64,000 bases of DNA from Alphaproteobacteria bacterium (lineage in GTDB: Bacteria; Pseudomonadota; Alphaproteobacteria; MPNO01). Below, piece by piece: positions 59,666 to 64,000 of this stretch. Where the stretch lies: positions 1,392,427 through 1,456,426 of the forward strand of contig CBDBCA010000002.1 of assembly GCA_965202835.1 (NCBI GenBank), read 5' to 3'. The notes below the pieces were generated by a model. That model made no database searches. It was given only the letters and a program-made list of their open reading frames with translations, and had not been told where the DNA came from. Both the position numbers and the translations under genes were made by a program. Positions within the stretch are counted from its first letter, which is position 1, and every line of letters begins with the position of its first letter.

Positions 59666-60538
59666 TCAGGCGGCCGCGAAAATCGACTCCCGGTAAGGCG
59701 CGTCGCCCGGGCCGCCCTCGGGGAAGATTCCCCGTTCCGCGACCCAACTCTGGGAGCGTTCGAACATCTCCTGGGTATAGGGCTCGAACACCAGCCGCTC
59801 GCCGGGACCGAAGCGGCGCACGTCCATCCGGTCGTGGAACCGCACCGGAAATTCCTTCCGGTAGTGGTGGCGGTAGAGCTCGAGCCTGAGGTCGATCTCC
59901 ACCTGGGCCCGGCGCAGCCCCTCGAAATACTTCTCGACATCGCCCGGTTCGGGATCGCCGGTGATCATCGAGGCCATCATGAAGCTGGTGTCCACCACCT
60001 TCCGGAAGCCGAGCTGCTCGGCGAAGTAGAACGGCCCGCTGAACAGGCTGACCGCGGGCGCCTTGCCGTCGACCAGCTGTTCCAGCCGGTGGAACAGGAG
60101 ACCGTCGGCGAAGTGGAGCTTGATGTCGACGGGGTCGAGAAACTCCTCCAGCGTCTGGATGGTGGAATAATGGCTGCCCGATTGGTAGCCGACGGAGATC
60201 GGCACGCCGGCGAGGTCTTCGGGCTGGCGAATGTCGGAGTCGGCCGGAACGAAAATCCCGCAGGGCGAGACCGAGTAGCACCCAGCGTAGAGCTTGCCAT
60301 GGCCTGACGCCGCGGCGGCGTTGACCGTCCAGTGACAGGCGGCGCTCACGTCGCAGCTTCGACCCTGCTCGAAGGTCTGGTAGGCGCCGACCTTGTCGCC
60401 GAGATCGTGATAGGTGCCGTCGCGCGAGCTGAGTTGCTCCCGAAATACGTAGTCGAGCCCGACATCGGAAAAGAACCCCTTCTCCTCCGCCACCCACTCG
60501 TGCAGCCGCATATGCGGCGAGACGACGAACTGCGCCAT
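59666..60538 (-). CDS. hypothetical protein (possibly NMT1/THI5-like periplasmic-binding-fold)
   Basis: 290-aa ORF with codon bias consistent with the genome. No firm motif. Confidence 0.4.
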   Translation of the reverse strand: MAQFVVSPHMRLHEWVAEEKGFFSDVGLDYVFREQLSSRDGTYHDLGDKVGAYQTFEQGRSCDVSAACHWTVNAAAASGHGKLYAGCYSVSPCGIFVPADSDIRQPEDLAGVPISVGYQSGSHYSTIQTLEEFLDPVDIKLHFADGLLFHRLEQLVDGKAPAVSLFSGPFYFAEQLGFRKVVDTSFMMASMITGDPEPGDVEKYFEGLRRAQVEIDLRLELYRHHYRKEFPVRFHDRMDVRRFGPGERLVFEPYTQEMFERSQSWVAERGIFPEGGPGDAPYRESIFAAA

Positions 60539-60611
60539 GTGATCGCTCCTGTTCTAATTCACCGTCACCGGAACTCGCTGAGCGCGTCGATGAAGGCCTG
60601 AGCAGCCATGC

Positions 60612-60788
60612 CTACAGATAATGCTCAGGTTTCGTCGGCGGGTCGTTGATATCCGGGAAATCCTCTTCCAGCGGCGCGAGCCCGGACAGGATCTTCGCGA
60701 GCGCGGTCGGACGCTCCGCCGGTTGCTTGGAGGGATGCGCCGTCGCTTGCTCAATTTCCTTGTCGTCGCGAGATTCTCTTCGCTGCAT
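60612..60788 (-). CDS. small ORF (58 aa), not in the ORF track, immediately downstream of the Rieske oxygenase gene
   Basis: Translation by hand: MQRRESRDDKEIEQATAHPSKQPAERPTALAKILSGLAPLEEDFPDINDPPTKPEHYL. The ATG is 5 nt after the Rieske stop. Confidence 0.3.
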   Translation of the reverse strand: MQRRESRDDKEIEQATAHPSKQPAERPTALAKILSGLAPLEEDFPDINDPPTKPEHYL

Positions 60789-60792
60789 TCGG

Positions 60793-61845
60793 TCAACCTA
60801 GGCTGGGCTGAGCTTCGGAACAATCCACCCCGCCACCTTCCGCCGCCGTCATCCTCTCCACGATCGCGCGCATGGCGAGGGTCGGCTCGTCGCTGGGGAG
60901 GGTGTGCATGGGGATGTCGGGGTAGCGGTCCAGCGCCTCCTGCTGGTGCTCGATCGCCCAGACGTCCTCCTCCATCACATTGTTGAGGAAGCGCCAGGAA
61001 TCCGACGACGGCGGCGTTTCGTGGACGGTCGACTGGAAATAATGCGTGCTGGTCTCGGTCTCGGGCGTGATGAAATGATGCGGCCGGATCGCCCAGCGCC
61101 CTTCGCCCGCCGGCAGCTCGCTGTCGGGCCCGCCGGTGCCCGTCTCGGCGACACCGGTATGGATGCGCCAGAAGCAGGGGCCGCGGAACTCGACGACGTG
61201 CCAGCGATCGATATTGCCTTGCGCATTGGACAGCCGGCGGTATCCCGCCGGCGCCGGTATGTCGCGGCTGTGGCGCTGGAAATCGTAGCCGAAGCCGTTG
61301 ACCTCAAGCGTCATCTCGGCATCCCCCATGTCCTCGTTGCCGCCGCCGGACGGGATGTGCAGGAAGGCGACGTGCAGCAGGTCGGCGAGGTTGTCGTTGA
61401 GCAGCAGGTAGTTCGCCCTGGCGCGGCGATAGAGGTCGGAGCGGTGCCACCCCGGCTTCTCCAGCCAGCCGCAATCGGGGAGCAGCGCCTTGTCCGCCCG
61501 TCCGGGCGGGCCCATCCAGACGAACACCACTCCGGCACGTTCCTCGACCGGATAGGCGCGGATGCGGATGCGGCCGGGGTCGTCCTGTCCGGGGACGTGC
61601 ACGCAGGCGCCGGTCGCGTCGTAGGCGAGCCCGTGATAGGGGCACACTAGGCGGCCGCCATCGGCGATCCGCCCCAGAGACAGCGGCATCGAGCGATGCG
61701 CGCAACGGTCTTCCAATACGGCGGCGGTCCCGTCCGGCTCGCGGTAAAGCACCAGGCGTTCGCCGATCACCGTGCGCGAGAGCGGCTGGCGCTGTCCGAC
61801 TTCTTCGGTCCACGCGGCGGCGTACCAGTTGTTCCGGACGAACAT
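60793..61845 (-). CDS. Rieske [2Fe-2S] aromatic-ring-hydroxylating oxygenase alpha subunit (VanA-like)
   Basis: Rieske motif CAHRSMPLS...CPYHGL and an iron-binding HVAFLH region. Confidence 0.8.
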   Translation of the reverse strand: MFVRNNWYAAAWTEEVGQRQPLSRTVIGERLVLYREPDGTAAVLEDRCAHRSMPLSLGRIADGGRLVCPYHGLAYDATGACVHVPGQDDPGRIRIRAYPVEERAGVVFVWMGPPGRADKALLPDCGWLEKPGWHRSDLYRRARANYLLLNDNLADLLHVAFLHIPSGGGNEDMGDAEMTLEVNGFGYDFQRHSRDIPAPAGYRRLSNAQGNIDRWHVVEFRGPCFWRIHTGVAETGTGGPDSELPAGEGRWAIRPHHFITPETETSTHYFQSTVHETPPSSDSWRFLNNVMEEDVWAIEHQQEALDRYPDIPMHTLPSDEPTLAMRAIVERMTAAEGGGVDCSEAQPSLG

Positions 61846-61858
61846 CGGCCCCTCCCGG

Positions 61859-62722
61859 TCAGCCGGGCTCGGAGACGGTGTAGCGTCTGAGCAGCCGGTC
61901 CTCTTCCGCCGGGAAGTCGTTGCGCGCGTGGTTGACCGTCCGGTTGTCCCAGATCACCAGGTCGCCGGGCGTCCAGCTATGGGCGTAGACGAACTCGGGC
62001 TTCTCGATGTGGTCGAACAGCGGCAGCAGGATCGCTTCGCTCTCTTCCTTGTTCATGCCGACCACGGTCTGGGTCATCAGCCGGCTGAGATAGAGCGCCT
62101 TGCGCCCGGTATCGGGATGGGTCTTGACCAGGGGATGGACGGCCCGGTTGAGGTCGGTCCGGCTGTCGTCATTGAGATCGCGGGTCACCAGGTCGTAGCG
62201 ATAGGCGTGGTTCGCCTTCAGCCCCTCGAGGCGCGACCGTTGATCTTCGGGAAGCGCGTCGTAGGCGTTGGCGAGGTTGGCGAACAGGGTCTCTCCGCCG
62301 CGCGAGGGGATCTTGATCGCGAACAAGGTGGTCGCGCGATAGGGCACGTCGCGGTGGGAGCCGTCGGAGTGGAAGTGCATCTCGCCGTCCGGCAGCGAGC
62401 CGATCTGCTTGCCGTCCTTGCGGATGTTAGTGACCAGCATCACGCCGCGCTTCTTGTTGGTGTTGTCGAGCTGGTAGGAAGGCGGGCGGAAACCGGCATC
62501 GACCCGGCCGAAGAACCCCGCGAAACGGGCCTGATCCTGCGCCGAGACCTTCTGACCGGGGACGCAGAGCACCGCGTTGTCGACGAAGACCTTGCGCAGC
62601 CCGGCGACGGTCTCCTCGTCGACCTCCTCGCGCAGGTCGAGCCCGGTGACACGGGCACCAAGAGCGGGGCTCAGCTTTTCTACCTGGAAGTCCGGCATGG
62701 ATGGGGTTCCGTTTGTGTTCAC
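61859..62722 (-). CDS. TauD/TfdA-family Fe(II)/2-oxoglutarate-dependent dioxygenase
   Basis: HxD...H facial triad (HFHSDGSH ... H) and TauD-like length. Confidence 0.7.
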   Translation of the reverse strand: MNTNGTPSMPDFQVEKLSPALGARVTGLDLREEVDEETVAGLRKVFVDNAVLCVPGQKVSAQDQARFAGFFGRVDAGFRPPSYQLDNTNKKRGVMLVTNIRKDGKQIGSLPDGEMHFHSDGSHRDVPYRATTLFAIKIPSRGGETLFANLANAYDALPEDQRSRLEGLKANHAYRYDLVTRDLNDDSRTDLNRAVHPLVKTHPDTGRKALYLSRLMTQTVVGMNKEESEAILLPLFDHIEKPEFVYAHSWTPGDLVIWDNRTVNHARNDFPAEEDRLLRRYTVSEPG

Positions 62723-62768
62723 GGAAGTCGGAGCGAGTATAGGACCCGAACGGTCGCCGTGTCAGGGT

Positions 62769-64000
62769 TCAAACGGCCGGCGCCGCCTGAGCACGCCCGA
62801 GAACCGTGCCCGGCGTGGCCCCGGTGTGCTCGCCTTCGGCGAAAACCGGCACGCCGTTGACCCAAACCCGCTCGACACCCGTCGCATACCGGTGAGGGTC
62901 GTGGTAGGTCGCGGTCTCGGCGACGGTCTCCGGATCGAACACCGTCACGTCCGCGGCGAAGCCCTCGCGGAGCAGCCCGCGTCTCGAAATCCCCAGCGCG
63001 CGGGCCGATGCACCGGTCATCTTGTGGATCGCGGTCTCGATGGAGATCAGGCCGAACTCGCGGACATAGCGGCCGAGGATCCGCGCGAAGGTGCCGTAGA
63101 AGCGGGGATGCGGTTTGCCCTGCCCCGTGGTGCCGTAGGGCGCGACCGCGTTGCCGTCGGACCCCACCATCACGTTCGGCGAGGCGATCAGCGTCCGGAT
63201 GTCGTCCTCGGAAATCGAAGAGACCAGCACCCGGGTCTGGCCGCGGTCGGCGACCAGGTAGTCGAGCGCCGCCTCGAACGGATCGGTTCCCTGCTTCGCC
63301 GCGATGTCCTGCACAGTGCGACCCGCGTATTGCGGCCGGTCGGGGGAAATGGAGATGCGCACGGCATCCCATGACGGAATGCGGCCGAAATTGTTGAGCC
63401 CCCCGGCATCGACCTCCGCACGGACGCGGGCACGGATGTCCGCGCTGCCGAGCCGTTCGAGCATGGCGTCGATCCCGCCCTGCTGCAGCCAGCTCGGAAA
63501 CAGGTTGCGAAGCGGGTTGCTGGCGGCCTCGTAGGGGTACTGGTCGCAGTCGATGGCGGCGCCGCCGCGCCGCGCCTCTTCCAGCCGGTCCAGCAGGCGC
63601 TCCGCCCCGCCCCAGTTGTCCATGCCGGACAGCTTGACGTGGACGATCTGGACGTGAACGCCGGTCTGCTGGGCGAACTCGATCGATTCCTCGACCGAGT
63701 CGAAGACCGTGTTGGATTCGTCGCGGAGATGGGTGAAGTAGCGGGCGCCGTGGCGCCTGAGCACGCGGCCGAGCGCGACCAGCTCTTCGCCTTCGGCATA
63801 GGAGCCGGGGGCGGTGAACAGTCCGGACGACAGGCCGAGCGCGCCGGCGCCGAGCGCCTCTTCGAGCAGTTCCGTCATCCGGGCAAGCTCGTGCGGCTCC
63901 GGCGGGCGGTCCTCCATCCCCATCGTCATCAGCCGGAGCGTGTTGTGCCCGACCAGCATCACCCGGTTGACCGAGGTCGCGGGATAGGTGCGCACGTAAT
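62769..64000 (-). CDS. D-aminoacylase (N-acyl-D-amino-acid deacylase) family amidohydrolase, 5'-truncated by the window edge
   Basis: C-terminal two-thirds of the D-aminoacylase family (VMVGSDG, PRFYGTFARILGRYVRE). The N-terminal metal-binding HxH region lies beyond position 64000. Confidence 0.7.
   Translation of the reverse strand, partial: YVRTYPATSVNRVMLVGHNTLRLMTMGMEDRPPEPHELARMTELLEEALGAGALGLSSGLFTAPGSYAEGEELVALGRVLRRHGARYFTHLRDESNTVFDSVEESIEFAQQTGVHVQIVHVKLSGMDNWGGAERLLDRLEEARRGGAAIDCDQYPYEAASNPLRNLFPSWLQQGGIDAMLERLGSADIRARVRAEVDAGGLNNFGRIPSWDAVRISISPDRPQYAGRTVQDIAAKQGTDPFEAALDYLVADRGQTRVLVSSISEDDIRTLIASPNVMVGSDGNAVAPYGTTGQGKPHPRFYGTFARILGRYVREFGLISIETAIHKMTGASARALGISRRGLLREGFAADVTVFDPETVAETATYHDPHRYATGVERVWVNGVPVFAEGEHTGATPGTVLGRAQAAPAV

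Overview
This is a high-GC (roughly 68-70%) alphaproteobacterial-type chromosomal segment. It is mostly core and accessory metabolism. There is a hopanoid-associated hpnA/hpnN-like pair at the left edge. The middle holds infA, hutU, phaAB-like genes and a TRAP/TAXI transporter. A long purine-catabolism cluster follows (gpt, xdhAB, uraD, urate hydroxylase puuD-like, uraH), then a formamidase operon ending in crcB, a second ureide cluster (puuE-like, allC-like), and two clusters of oxygenase and hydrolase genes (Rieske oxygenases, LLM monooxygenases, a molybdopterin oxidoreductase, a TPP enzyme, TauD, an amidohydrolase, a partial D-aminoacylase at the right edge).

The most notable features:
- A roughly 2.1 kb lower-GC insertion sits just after hutU. 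It is flanked by an approximately 229-bp direct duplication of the hutU 3' end whose four differences are all synonymous. It carries a two-gene ABC-type ATPase + HNH nuclease module of the Septu (PtuAB) type.
- A stand-alone 579-aa ATPase with a Toprim-like C-terminus (OLD/GajA/fused-PARIS-like) has no partner gene.
- Two type II toxin-antitoxin modules are present: BrnT/BrnA, and a toxin-first HigB/HigA-like pair with a recognisable operator.
- A 188-bp MITE-like repeat with a 32-bp perfect internal inverted repeat occurs in two copies.
- A REP-like 27-nt hairpin occurs in four copies.
- Twin 16-bp perfect palindromes TGTTTCACGTGAAACA lie between two convergent genes.

Many long ORFs in the supplied track are antisense or frame-shadow artefacts of the GC bias and are not reported. 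In one place (around 16.6 kb) my reading of printed positions disagreed by 1 nt with the ORF track, so coordinates of non-ORF features are approximate (+/-2 nt). No rRNA, tRNA or CRISPR array was found.
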